64,000 nt of DNA, from the NCBI GenBank assembly GCA_964446605.1, contig CAYUPN010000001.1, positions 71,692 to 135,691 of the forward strand, read 5' to 3'. The translations under genes were made by a program, and so were the position numbers. Positions 17,681 to 26,882 of this stretch are shown here, one piece after another; the stretch's first letter is position 1; the number at the start of each line of letters is the position of its first letter. The notes under the pieces were generated by a model. It saw only the letters and a program-made list of their open reading frames with translations. It searched no databases and was not told where the DNA came from. This stretch comes from an uncultured Bifidobacteriaceae bacterium (GTDB taxonomy: Bacteria > Acidobacteriota > Vicinamibacteria > Vicinamibacterales > JAENWD01).

Positions 17681-18844
17681 TCAGCGCGCCGACGGCACGC
17701 GGGTGAGCGACCGGAGCTTCTCGACCAGCCGGGGAAGCACGGCGAGCAGCCGGTCGACCTCGGCCTCCGTGTTCGAGGACCCGAGGCTGAAGCGGATGGC
17801 GCTCTGCGTCCGCCCCTGGGGCAGGCGCATCGCCCGGAGCACGTGCGAGGGCTCGAGCGTCCCCGACGAGCAGGCCGAGCCGGTCGACACGGCGATCCCT
17901 TCCAGATCCAGGCCAATCAGGAGCGACTCGGCTTCCACCCGGTCGAAGCTGATGTTCGAGGTGTTCGGGACGCGCGGCGCCCCCTCGCCGTTCACGTGTG
18001 CGCCGCGAACCGCGGCGACCACGCCCCGCTCCAGCCGGTCGCGCAGGGACTCCAGACGGGTCGCGTACTCCGGCAGTCCGGCGCGCGCGATCTCCGCCGC
18101 GGCGCCGAAGCCCACGAGGGCCGGGACGTTCTCGGTACCCGCGCGCCGGTTGCGCTCGTGCCGCCCGCCGGTCAGGATGGGAGCCAGCCGGACGCCCCGG
18201 CGGATCCAGAGCGCGCCGGCCCCCTTCGGCCCGGAGATCTTGTGCGCCGACAGCGACAGCAGGTCGACGCCGAGCTCCCGGACGTCGAGGGGGATCTTGC
18301 CAGCGGACTGCACCGCGTCGGTGTGCATGAGGGCACCGGCCCGGCGCGCAGCCTCCGCAATCGCGGCGATCGGCTGCACGACACCGGTCTCGTTGTTCGC
18401 GTGCATGACCGAGACGATCGCGGTCTCGTCGTCCAGGGCTGCGGCGACCGCTTCGGGCTCGACGACGCCGGCCTGGGTCGGCGGGACCCAGGTCACGCGC
18501 CAGCCGCGGCGCTCGAGCGCCCGGCAGGTGTTGAGGACGGCCTCGTGTTCGATCTGGGACGTGACGATGTGGCGGCGGCCGCGGGACTCGAGCGCCTCGG
18601 CGGCCCCGCGGATCGCGAAGTTGTCCGCCTCGGTGCCGCCGGCGGTGAAGACCACCTCGGCCGGCTCCGCGCCGATCAGGGCGGCCACCCGGGCGCGCGC
18701 CTCGTCGAGCAGCGCTTTGGCCTGCTGCCCGAACGTATGGACGCTCGACGCGTTGCCGAAGCTTTCCCGGAGCGCACGGGTCGTGGCCTCGAGCGCGGCG
18801 GGGTGCAACGGGGTCGTCGCGTTGTGATCGAAATAGATGCGCAC
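17681..18844 (-). CDS. Cysteine desulfurase (NifS/IscS family)
   Basis: 387 aa. Motifs: [24 protein letters not shown] (PLP lysine), STGSACSSG (catalytic Cys). Confidence 0.9.
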   Translation of the reverse strand: MRIYFDHNATTPLHPAALEATTRALRESFGNASSVHTFGQQAKALLDEARARVAALIGAEPAEVVFTAGGTEADNFAIRGAAEALESRGRRHIVTSQIEHEAVLNTCRALERRGWRVTWVPPTQAGVVEPEAVAAALDDETAIVSVMHANNETGVVQPIAAIAEAARRAGALMHTDAVQSAGKIPLDVRELGVDLLSLSAHKISGPKGAGALWIRRGVRLAPILTGGRHERNRRAGTENVPALVGFGAAAEIARAGLPEYATRLESLRDRLERGVVAAVRGAHVNGEGAPRVPNTSNISFDRVEAESLLIGLDLEGIAVSTGSACSSGTLEPSHVLRAMRLPQGRTQSAIRFSLGSSNTEAEVDRLLAVLPRLVEKLRSLTRVPSAR

Positions 18845-18893
18845 GGCCTCGATCGATCATAGCATCGGGCCTGATTTTTCCGGCCGATCCGAC

Positions 18894-18923
18894 TGGACAA
18901 TGCTCTGCCGCGCTGCCTATACT
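18894..18923 (+). promoter_or_regulatory. Possible sigma-70-like promoter for the bactofilin gene (TGGACA-N18-TATACT)
   Basis: TGGACA at 18894-18899 and TATACT at 18918-18923 in the divergent intergenic region. Confidence 0.3.
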
Positions 18924-19033
18924 CGCTGCGAGGTTCCCCGGCACGGAGTATCAGGCTCCGGCCGATAGCATCCCCCATTGGCGGCGCGCCCGGGCGGCGC
19001 CCCGTCGCCCACAGGGGTCGCGAATGCGGCCGA

Positions 19034-19579
19034 GTGGAGGTCAAACACATGTGGAAGCGTGACGAGGCGGTGAAGCCGCCGACGCCGCCGGCTCCCGCTG
19101 CGAGTCCGGCCGCCCCGGCCGCCCCGGCCGTGTCCCCGACCAGCTACGAGACCGGCCGGCCCTCGCGTGATGTCGTGCACATCGGCAAGTCCGTGGTCAT
19201 CAAGGGCGAGTTGAACGGCAGCGAGGATCTGACGATCGAAGGCCACGTCGAGGGCAAGATCGAGCTCAGGGACCACGTCCTCACGATCGGCAGCAACGGC
19301 CGGATCCGGGCGGAGGTGTTCGCGAAGCAGGTGATCGTGCTCGGCGAGGTCGTCGGCAACGTCTCGGCGACGGAGAAGGTCGACATCCGCGACAACGGCT
19401 CCGTCGACGGCGACATCGTCTCCCCGCGCGTGGCGATTGCCGAGGGGGCCCACTTCCGCGGCAGCGTGGACATGAAGCGGACGGGTACGAGCCCGAAGGG
19501 CGAGGCGCGCGCCGAGAAGAGCGAGCCCAAGCCGGCGGCCGCGGTGCAGCCGGCCGGCGCGCAGAAGGTCGGGGCGTAG
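19034..19579 (+). CDS. Bactofilin (polymer-forming cytoskeletal protein, DUF583)
   Basis: 181 aa. It has a Pro/Ala-rich N-terminus and then a beta-helical repeat pattern: VVIKGELNGSEDLTIEGHVEGKIELRDHVLTIGSNGRIRAEVFAKQVIVLGEVVGNV...VDGDIVSPRVAIAEGAHFRGSVDM. An alternative ATG is at 19049. Confidence 0.85.
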   Translation: MEVKHMWKRDEAVKPPTPPAPAASPAAPAAPAVSPTSYETGRPSRDVVHIGKSVVIKGELNGSEDLTIEGHVEGKIELRDHVLTIGSNGRIRAEVFAKQVIVLGEVVGNVSATEKVDIRDNGSVDGDIVSPRVAIAEGAHFRGSVDMKRTGTSPKGEARAEKSEPKPAAAVQPAGAQKVGA

Positions 19580-19651
19580 GCGGGATGCGGCGTCGAGGGG
19601 TGGAGCGCCAGCTGCCGGGCGGCATGCGCTCCGCCGCTCACTGAGGCAAGA

Positions 19652-20341
19652 GTGGTGGCCGGGTCGGAGCGTGGGTGGAGCGCACTGCTGGGACGATTGG
19701 GAGGTCGGCGTACCTCCGAGCAGGAGGCGGTCTCGCCCGCGTCCGGCGGGGCGGCTGGCGCGCCGTTCCCGACGAAGGCCCTGCGGAAGTTCCTGGCGAC
19801 GCTGACGAACCGGGCCGACCCGGTCCTGCTCGATCTCGGGCCGGTCATCGGGACCAACGTCGCCTTCTTCGGCGAGCAGCTCGGCTGCAAGATCTTCGTC
19901 GAGGACCTGTTCGCCGACGTCGAACGGCACCGCGATCGTGAGGAGGAACTGGCCGGGTTCCTCGAGCGCCGGTTCCCGCAGGCCGATGGCACGTTCGACG
20001 GCATTCTCTGCTGGGACCTCTTGGACTTCCTGCCGCCGGCGGCCGGACAGGTCGTGGCGGCCCATCTGACCCGGCTGCTCGCGGTGGACGGCGCGTTGCT
20101 CGGATTCTTCGGCACCGCCGCCGGCCGCGAGACGACGTTCACGAAGTTCGTTGTCGCTGACGACCAGACGCTCCATTACCGGCCGTACGGTCCTGCGCGG
20201 ATGCGGACGCGCATTCTCCAGAACCGCGACATCATCAAGCTGTTCGAAGGCCTCCGCGTCTCGGACTCCTTCCTGTTGCAGACGAACATGCGGGAGATCC
20301 TCTTCCGCAAGCCGGCCTACCTGGCGGGTGCCGGCGCCTGA
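19652..20341 (+). CDS. Class I methyltransferase-fold protein with an atypical glycine-loop
   Basis: 229 aa. VLLDLGPVIGTNVAFF (motif I-like), KIFVEDL (acidic loop) and FDGILCWDLLDFL (motif II/III-like) are consistent with a Rossmann MTase fold. GTG start at 19652 after GAGG. Confidence 0.5.
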   Translation: MVAGSERGWSALLGRLGGRRTSEQEAVSPASGGAAGAPFPTKALRKFLATLTNRADPVLLDLGPVIGTNVAFFGEQLGCKIFVEDLFADVERHRDREEELAGFLERRFPQADGTFDGILCWDLLDFLPPAAGQVVAAHLTRLLAVDGALLGFFGTAAGRETTFTKFVVADDQTLHYRPYGPARMRTRILQNRDIIKLFEGLRVSDSFLLQTNMREILFRKPAYLAGAGA

Positions 20342-20347
20342 GGCGCC

Positions 20348-21166
20348 GTGTCGCGGCCGGTCGTCGCCTTCCTGACCGACTTCGGGACCCGCGATCACTA
20401 CGTGGGGACCATGAAAGGCGTCGTGCTCGGGATCTGTCCCGACGCGGCGCTCGTCGACCTGACCCACGAGATCCCGCCGCAGGACATCCGCGTCGCGGCC
20501 TTCGAGCTGGCTGCCGCCTGGCGGTACTTCCCGGCGGAGACCGTGTTCCTCGTCGTCGTCGATCCCGGCGTCGGGTCGGGGCGGCGGGCGCTGGCGGCAC
20601 GCGCCGGCGGGTACCGCTTCGTCGCGCCCGACAACGGCGTACTCGGTCCCGTGCTCCGGACCGATCCGGCGGCGCTGGTGGTGGAGCTGACCGAGGCCCG
20701 GTTCGCCAGGCCGCAGGTCAGCCGCACGTTCGAAGGGCGCGACCGGTTCGCGCCGGCGGCGGCCTGGCTGGCGCGCGGCACGGCGATCGAGGCGCTCGGT
20801 CCCCGGGTGACCGACTGGCACCCCCTCGTCCTGCCGGAACCCCGCGCAGAGGGCCAGACGCTCCACGGGGTCGTGCAGCGCGTGGATCGCTTCGGCAATC
20901 TCGTCACGAACATCGACCGCGCGGCCCTCGCCGCGCTGGGCGCACCGGTGGCGGGCACCGGTTCGGAGGGGAAACGGGGTGCCGTCCTCTCGATCGGCGG
21001 CCGGCGGATCGACGGCATCGCGGGAACCTACGCCGATGTCCCTGCCGGCTCGCTCTGCGCGCTGTTCGGCAGCTCGGGCTGGCTGGAGATCGCGGTGAAC
21101 GGCGGCAACGCCGCCGATCGGCTCGGGCTCGGTGCGGGCGCGTCGGTCCGCGTCGACGTCAGCTGA
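20348..21166 (+). CDS. SAM hydrolase / SAM hydroxide adenosyltransferase family protein (DUF62)
   Basis: 272 aa. The VAFLTDFGTRDHYVGTMKGVV signature and VVDPGVGS are typical of the family. Confidence 0.85.
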   Translation: MSRPVVAFLTDFGTRDHYVGTMKGVVLGICPDAALVDLTHEIPPQDIRVAAFELAAAWRYFPAETVFLVVVDPGVGSGRRALAARAGGYRFVAPDNGVLGPVLRTDPAALVVELTEARFARPQVSRTFEGRDRFAPAAAWLARGTAIEALGPRVTDWHPLVLPEPRAEGQTLHGVVQRVDRFGNLVTNIDRAALAALGAPVAGTGSEGKRGAVLSIGGRRIDGIAGTYADVPAGSLCALFGSSGWLEIAVNGGNAADRLGLGAGASVRVDVS

Positions 21167-21246
21167 CGGCCTGTAGTACTCTCGGAGGCTGCCCGGTCGC
21201 TGCGCGTCCCGGGCGCCGCATTCATGACCCCCGCCGGAAGGATCCC

Positions 21247-22446
21247 ATGGTCAATCTCGATCTGACGGAAGAGCAGCGTCTGCTCGAGTCGACGGTCCGC
21301 GAGTGGGCGGCGCGTGAAGTCGCGCCGCGCATCGCGGAGCTCGACCGGGCTCACCGGTTCGATCGCGCGATCCTGCCGCAGATGGCCGCCCTCGGCCTGC
21401 TCGGCATCTCGGTGCCGACCGAGTACGGCGGCGCCGGCATGGACTACATCGCGCTGGGGCTCGCGAGCGAAGAGCTCGAATACGTCGACACCTCGCTGCG
21501 CGTCATCATGTCGGTTCACGCGGGGCTCAACTGCCTGTCGCTGCTGACGTGGGGGACGGAGGACCAGAAACAGCGGTACCTCGTGCCGCAGGCGCGCGGC
21601 GAGCAGATTGCGACATACGGACTCACGGAACCGGCGGCGGGCTCCGACGTCCGCGGGATTCAGACCGTTGCCGTGCGCAAGGGCGATCGGTACGTGCTGA
21701 CGGGCGAGAAGATGTGGATCTCGCTCGCCGACGTCGCCGACAACTTCCTCGTCTTCGGCTGGAGCGACCTCGACAAGAAGAAGGCGCGCGATCCATCGGG
21801 AATTTCGGCCTTCATCGTCGAGCGTGGGTTCAAGGGGTTCTCGAGCGGCACGCTGACCGCGAAGTGGGGGATTCGGGCGGGCAACACCGGGTACTTCAAG
21901 ATGGACGACGTCGAGGTGCCCGAGGAGAACATGCTCGGCCGACCCGGCGAGGGATTCAAGATCGCGATGTTCGCGCTCGACCAGGGGCGGTATACCGTGG
22001 CGGCCGGCGCGACCGGGCTGATCCGGGCCTGCCGCGACGCCAGCGCGACGTACGCGCTCGAGCGCCGCACCTTCGGACAGCCGATCGCCGAGCACCAGCT
22101 CGTCAAGCAGATGATCGCGAACATGGAATCCGACTACCAGGTGTCGCGGCTGCTGTGGCTGCGCGCCGGATTCCTCAAGAACACCGGACGGCGCAACACG
22201 CGCGAGACGAGCCTCGCGAAGTGGTACGCGACCGTCGCCTCCGAGCGGGCGGCCGGAGATGCCGTGCAGGTCCACGGCGCGAACGGCTACTCGGACGAGT
22301 ACCCGGTCGGCCGCTTCTACCGGAACGCCAAGGGCGCGGTCATCTACGAGGGTACCCGCGAGGTGCACACGCTCATGCAGGCGGACTACGTGCTCGGGTA
22401 CCGGCAGGATCGTCCGATCCGGTGCGAGCTGCCTCCGGTGACGTAG
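21247..22446 (+). CDS. Acyl-CoA dehydrogenase
   Basis: 399 aa. Motifs: [56 protein letters not shown]. Confidence 0.9.
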   Translation: MVNLDLTEEQRLLESTVREWAAREVAPRIAELDRAHRFDRAILPQMAALGLLGISVPTEYGGAGMDYIALGLASEELEYVDTSLRVIMSVHAGLNCLSLLTWGTEDQKQRYLVPQARGEQIATYGLTEPAAGSDVRGIQTVAVRKGDRYVLTGEKMWISLADVADNFLVFGWSDLDKKKARDPSGISAFIVERGFKGFSSGTLTAKWGIRAGNTGYFKMDDVEVPEENMLGRPGEGFKIAMFALDQGRYTVAAGATGLIRACRDASATYALERRTFGQPIAEHQLVKQMIANMESDYQVSRLLWLRAGFLKNTGRRNTRETSLAKWYATVASERAAGDAVQVHGANGYSDEYPVGRFYRNAKGAVIYEGTREVHTLMQADYVLGYRQDRPIRCELPPVT

Positions 22447-22465
22447 CGACGAAGGCCTGCGGGTC

Positions 22466-23458
22466 ATGGACAGCGATCTCTCGCTCGAGTTCCTCCGCGT
22501 CGTCGAGCAGGCGGCCATCGCCAGCGCGCAGACGATGGGCCAGGGGGACGGACCGAAGTCGGATGCCGCCGCCGTGACCGCGATGCGGCGCGAGCTCGAC
22601 TCGGTGCCGATCGACGGCACCATCGTCATCGGGGAAGGGGAGCGCGACGAGGCGCCGATGCTGTACATCGGCGAGCGGGTCGGGCTGGCGAATGCGCTCG
22701 AGGGACGCAGCGGTCTCGGTGCCCCGCAGGTGGACATCGCCGTCGATCCGCTGGAGGGCACGAATCTCTGCGTCACCGGCGAGCCCGGCGCCATCGCCGT
22801 GCTCGCGGCGTCCGAGCGGGGCGGGCTGCTGCACGCACCCGACCTCTACATGGAGAAGCTGATCGTTCCGCCCGGCGCACGCGATGTGGTCGACCTGGAT
22901 GCCCCTGTCGCCGACAACCTGAACGCGCTCGCGCGTGCGCTGGAGCGCGACGTCGACGATCTCGTCATCACCGTGCTGGATCGGCCGCGTCATGCGCAGC
23001 TCGTCGCGGACATCCGCGCCACCGGGGCGCGCATCCGGCTGATTCGCGACGGCGACCTCTCGGCGGCGATCGTCGCCGCGGTGGCGGGGACCGGCGTTCA
23101 TGCGGTGATGGGCATCGGCGGCGCGCCGGAAGGCGTGCTGACCGCCGCAGCCATGCGCTGTCTCAACGGGGAGATCTACGCGCGGCTCGTCGTCCGGACC
23201 CCCGAGGACGAGGAGCGATGCGCGGCCATGGGCATTGCCGACGTGCGCCGCATCTACCGCGCGACCGATCTCGCGCCGGGGCGGCACCTCATCTTCGCCG
23301 CCACGGGCGTGACCGAGGGGGCGCTCATGAAGGGCGTGCGCTTCTTCCGCGACGGGACGCGGACCGCGTCGCTCGTCATGCAGACGTCGCCCTGGCAGAT
23401 CCGCTTCATCGACAGCATCCACGTCAGCAACGACAACCGCAGTGCCATCCGCTTCTGA
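22466..23458 (+). CDS. glpX: Class II fructose-1,6-bisphosphatase
   Basis: 330 aa. Motifs: [48 protein letters not shown]. Confidence 0.9.
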   Translation: MDSDLSLEFLRVVEQAAIASAQTMGQGDGPKSDAAAVTAMRRELDSVPIDGTIVIGEGERDEAPMLYIGERVGLANALEGRSGLGAPQVDIAVDPLEGTNLCVTGEPGAIAVLAASERGGLLHAPDLYMEKLIVPPGARDVVDLDAPVADNLNALARALERDVDDLVITVLDRPRHAQLVADIRATGARIRLIRDGDLSAAIVAAVAGTGVHAVMGIGGAPEGVLTAAAMRCLNGEIYARLVVRTPEDEERCAAMGIADVRRIYRATDLAPGRHLIFAATGVTEGALMKGVRFFRDGTRTASLVMQTSPWQIRFIDSIHVSNDNRSAIRF

Positions 23459-24704
23459 GCCGGCGACCGGCGCGCGGGAGGACCTCGCGCTCTGGCGCCG
23501 CAACCTGATCGCCCTGACGGCGGCCGTGTTCATCGGCTTCACGGGCTTCACCCTGGTGATGCCGTTCCTGCCGATCTACATCGGCCAGATGGGCGTGACC
23601 GACCCGGGCGAGATCGCGGCCTGGACGGGCGTCACGCTCGGCGTGACGCCGGCGATGACGGCGCTGTTCTCGCCGCTCTGGGGACGGCTCGCCGATCGGT
23701 TCGGGCGGCGCTTCATGGTCGCGCGGTCGCTCATCAGCTTCGTGTTCATCATGGCGGCGATGGGCTTCGCGCGCGAGCCGTGGCACCTCTTCGCCCTGCG
23801 CGTGCTGCAGGGATTCTTCGCGGGGTACGGCGCGCTGACGCTCGCGATGGCGGCGGAGTCGGCGCCGGACGGGCGGCTCGCGCAGTCGATCGGCACGGTG
23901 CAGACGGCGCAGCGGCTCGGCCCGGCGCTGGGTCCCGTCATCGGGGGATTGATCGCCGGCCTCGTGGGGCTTCGAGGGACGTTCCTCGTCACCGCGGTGT
24001 TCTACGCGGCGGCGTTCGTCCTGGTGCTCGCGCTCTACCGCGAACCCGCGAAGACGGCCGAGCCGGCGCGCAGCGACGAGAACGGAGGGCAGGTCACGTT
24101 CCGCAGCGTGATGGCGTTCGAGAACTTCCTGTTGCTGATGGCCGTGATCTTCGGGCTGCAGTTCGTCGATCGCAGCTTCGGCCCCGTGCTGCCGCTCGTG
24201 ATTGCCCGTCCGGGGCTGAGCGGCACCGACATCGCGCTGCAGTCGGGCCTGATCTTCTCGACGATCGCGTGTGCGGCCGCGCTCGGGCATCACATCAGCG
24301 CCCGCCTGCTGCGCCGGTGGAGCGGCCGCGTCGTGATCAGCCGTGCCGCGATCGTGGCGGCCGTCGCAACCCTGGGGATCTCGCTCAGCCCCGGCGTCTG
24401 GTGGATCGGGCTCTGGGCCGGCATCTTCGGGGTCGCGATCGGCCTTGCGATGACCGCCGCGTACACCGCGGCCGCGAACAGCTTCCCCGGGAACGTCCGC
24501 GCGACGGGCTTCGGCTTCCTGACGAGCGCGTCGCTCGTCGGCATCGCGGTGAGCCCGATGGTTGCCGGCGCGCTGGCGCGCGTGGGCATGCGAACGATCT
24601 TCTACGTGAACGTCGTGATGCTGGTCGCGCTCGGCGCGCTGGTCCGCCGGACCATGACGGACGAACCGGGCGAGATGACCGCGCCGACGGTGGAGGACGC
24701 GTGA
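23442..24704 (+). CDS. MFS transporter
   Basis: 420 aa with ~12 hydrophobic segments and MFS motif A ([10 protein letters not shown]). It overlaps the glpX 3' end by 17 nt. Confidence 0.85.
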   Translation: MPSASEPATGAREDLALWRRNLIALTAAVFIGFTGFTLVMPFLPIYIGQMGVTDPGEIAAWTGVTLGVTPAMTALFSPLWGRLADRFGRRFMVARSLISFVFIMAAMGFAREPWHLFALRVLQGFFAGYGALTLAMAAESAPDGRLAQSIGTVQTAQRLGPALGPVIGGLIAGLVGLRGTFLVTAVFYAAAFVLVLALYREPAKTAEPARSDENGGQVTFRSVMAFENFLLLMAVIFGLQFVDRSFGPVLPLVIARPGLSGTDIALQSGLIFSTIACAAALGHHISARLLRRWSGRVVISRAAIVAAVATLGISLSPGVWWIGLWAGIFGVAIGLAMTAAYTAAANSFPGNVRATGFGFLTSASLVGIAVSPMVAGALARVGMRTIFYVNVVMLVALGALVRRTMTDEPGEMTAPTVEDA

Positions 24705-24718
24705 TGGCCGCCGCCGCG

Positions 24719-24862
24719 TCAGGTATCGTGCCCGGTCTTCCGATGCTTGCGGCGGCGCCAGGGGCGCTTGGTCCGGTCCTCGTGCGGGCCACCGGTCTGG
24801 CGGGGCAGCGGCGCGCGCGGCCGCGCCGGCTTCTTCTTCGCGCCGCCTTTCCGCTTCGCCAT
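24719..24862 (-). CDS. Unlisted 47-aa highly basic small protein (candidate)
   Basis: My own translation; the ORF is below the track's length cutoff. It reads MAKRKGGAKKKPARPRAPLPRQTGGPHEDRTKRPWRRRKHRKTGHDT*. About 44 of 47 codons end in G/C, much stronger than the competing + frame. It lies in the otherwise empty 211-nt gap between the MFS gene and tsaC. Confidence 0.4.
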   Translation of the reverse strand: MAKRKGGAKKKPARPRAPLPRQTGGPHEDRTKRPWRRRKHRKTGHDT

Positions 24863-24869
24863 GCCCGGC

Positions 24870-24899
24870 ACTCTGCCGTGGCGGCAGATCGATTGTCAA
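24870..24899 (-). promoter_or_regulatory. Possible promoter for the small basic ORF (TTGACA-N18-CAGAGT). The -10 ends 7 nt before the ATG, so the mRNA may be leaderless.
   Basis: On the minus strand, TTGACA is at 24899-24894 and CAGAGT at 24875-24870; the ATG is at 24862. Confidence 0.3.
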
Positions 24900-24915
24900 C
24901 CGGGGACGGACCCGC

Positions 24916-25542
24916 ATGCGCGTCGTGACGCTGGATGCGCACGCGCCGCTCGAGCCGCAGCTCGCGGCGGCCGTCGCCGGGATTGCGGGCGGCGGCGTCG
25001 TCGGCTTCCCGACGGAGACGTTCTACGGCCTCGCCGCGGATCCCCGGTCGGAGCGGGCCGTGGCTCGCCTGTTCGAGCTCAAAGGACGCGTGGCGTCGCA
25101 GTCCATCGGCCTCGTCGCGGCGGATCTGGCGCAGGTCGAACGAATCGCGGATCTGCCGGCGAACGCACGGCGGCTGGCGCGCGTGTTCTGGCCGGGGCCG
25201 CTGACGCTCGTCGTGCCGGCGCGCGTCCCGCTCGCGGGAGCGGTGCGATCCGGCAGAGGGCTCGTCGGAGTCCGCGTGTCATCGCATCCGGTGGCACGCG
25301 GGCTGGCCGCGGCCTTCGGACACCCGCTCACCGCAACGAGCGCGAACCGCAGCGGCGAGCCGCCCGCGGAGACGGCTGAGGTTGTCGCGAGGTTGTTTCC
25401 GGCGCTCTCGGTACTCGTCGACGGCGGGCCGGCGGCCGGCGGCGCGCCGTCGACCGTGGTCGAGGTGACGGACGGCGGGATCGCGCTGCTGCGGGCGGGG
25501 GCCGTGGCGTGGGAGCGCGTGCTAGAATCGCTCGACGCCTGA
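24916..25542 (+). CDS. tsaC: L-threonylcarbamoyladenylate synthase (YrdC/Sua5 family)
   Basis: 208 aa. Motifs: GGVVGFPTETFYGLAADP, LFELKGR, GPLTLVV, TSANRSGEP. Confidence 0.9.
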   Translation: MRVVTLDAHAPLEPQLAAAVAGIAGGGVVGFPTETFYGLAADPRSERAVARLFELKGRVASQSIGLVAADLAQVERIADLPANARRLARVFWPGPLTLVVPARVPLAGAVRSGRGLVGVRVSSHPVARGLAAAFGHPLTATSANRSGEPPAETAEVVARLFPALSVLVDGGPAAGGAPSTVVEVTDGGIALLRAGAVAWERVLESLDA

Positions 25543-25598
25543 GCGGATCGACGTTCCCGCGCGCTCGCCCCCGCCTGGACTCCTGTTCGAGACGTCCG

Positions 25599-26882
25599 AT
25601 GTCTGCAGTCACCACTCCACTTCGTGAACGGGCTGCGCTCGTCGGCCTCATCACGCGCGCCGATCGTGCGGCGGTGGATGGTGCCTTCGAGGAGCTGGCC
25701 GGCCTGGCCGAGGCGGCCGGAGCCGAGGTCGTCCTGACGGTCTCGCAGGAACGCCCGAGCCCGGATCCGGCGACGTTCCTCGGCCGCGGCAAGATCGAGG
25801 CGCTGGCGAACGCGTGCGCCGAGCTCGACGTCGACGTCGTGATCTTCGACAACGAGCTGACGCCGGGGCAGCTGCGCCACATCGAGAAGATCGTCGAGCG
25901 GAAGGTCGTCGATCGGACGCAGCTCATCCTCGACATCTTCGCGCGCCGCGCGCAGACCCGCGAGGGCAAGCTGCAGGTCGAGCTCGCGCAGCTGGAGTAC
26001 CTGCTGCCGCGTCTGATCGGGGCCGGGCTGGCGCTCTCCCGGCTGGGCGGCGGCATCGGCACGCGCGGACCGGGCGAGACGAAGCTCGAGACGGATCGCC
26101 GGCGCATCCGCGCGCGCATTCACCAGATCAAGGAGGAGATCGAAGACGTCCGTCGACGCCGCGCTCAGCTCCGCGAACGGCGGCAGAAGCAGGCGGTCCC
26201 GACGGTGGCACTCGTCGGCTACACCAATGCGGGCAAGACGACGCTCTTCAACCGGCTCACGCGCGAGGGGGCGGAAGCCACCGACGCGCTGTTCGTCACG
26301 CTCGATCCGCTCGTGCGCCGCGTGCGGCTGCCGGATCGGCGGGAGCTCCTGATCTCGGACACCGTCGGCTTCATCGACCGGCTGCCGCACACGCTCGTCG
26401 CGGCGTTCCGCGCCACGCTCGAAGAGGTGGCCGACGCGGATCTCATCCTGCACGTGATCGACGCGTCCAGTCCCGAGCGCGATCGTCATGTGTCGGCCGT
26501 GCACCGTGTGCTCGAGGAGGTCGAGGCACTCGACGTGCCGCAGCTGCACGTGTACAACAAGGTCGACCGGATGGACGAGGAGGATCGGCGGCGCCTCACG
26601 TCGGGCGATCCGGACGCCCTGCTGGTGTCCGCGCTCACGGGCGAGGGACTGGACGATCTGCTCGCGGCCATTTCCCGGCATCTGGCGCTCGATCTCCAGC
26701 GGGTCACACTGGAGTTCGATCCGCGCTCGGACGCCGACCGCGCGTCGGTCGCGCGCCTGTATCGGCATGCCCGCGTCCTGCGGCACGACGAGACCGACGA
26801 GCGGCTGTCGATTGAAGCGGAGCTGCCGCGCCGCATGCTCGAGCGGCTGCAGCAGGAACGTCGCCACACTGGTACGGCATGA
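25599..26882 (+). CDS. hflX: GTPase HflX
   Basis: Within ORF 25509..26882; ATG at 25599. Motifs: QLEYLLPRL, GIGTRGPGETKLETDRR, VGYTNAGKTTLFN, DTVGFI, NKVD. Confidence 0.9.
   Translation: MSAVTTPLRERAALVGLITRADRAAVDGAFEELAGLAEAAGAEVVLTVSQERPSPDPATFLGRGKIEALANACAELDVDVVIFDNELTPGQLRHIEKIVERKVVDRTQLILDIFARRAQTREGKLQVELAQLEYLLPRLIGAGLALSRLGGGIGTRGPGETKLETDRRRIRARIHQIKEEIEDVRRRRAQLRERRQKQAVPTVALVGYTNAGKTTLFNRLTREGAEATDALFVTLDPLVRRVRLPDRRELLISDTVGFIDRLPHTLVAAFRATLEEVADADLILHVIDASSPERDRHVSAVHRVLEEVEALDVPQLHVYNKVDRMDEEDRRRLTSGDPDALLVSALTGEGLDDLLAAISRHLALDLQRVTLEFDPRSDADRASVARLYRHARVLRHDETDERLSIEAELPRRMLERLQQERRHTGTA

Noticed and set aside
16590-18944. The 784-aa ORF, and similar composites (7403..9247, 14120..15463, 34287..36092, 36129..38765, 42984..44828, 52337..54310, 56012..57703, 57436..59151), read as single large fusion proteins.
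   Set aside because: In each case only the distal part matches a protein family and starts at an internal ATG or GTG. That start is often coupled to the upstream gene's stop. The N-terminal extensions are junk composition overlapping a well-supported gene in another frame.
24747-24928. A plus-strand 74-aa reading frame ([20 protein letters not shown]...) in the MFS/tsaC gap, and the listed ORFs 24747..25379 and 24385..24942.
   Set aside because: GC3 bias is much weaker than in the minus-strand 47-aa frame, and the composition is junk-like. The listed ORFs overlap well-supported tsaC/MFS coding sequence out of frame.
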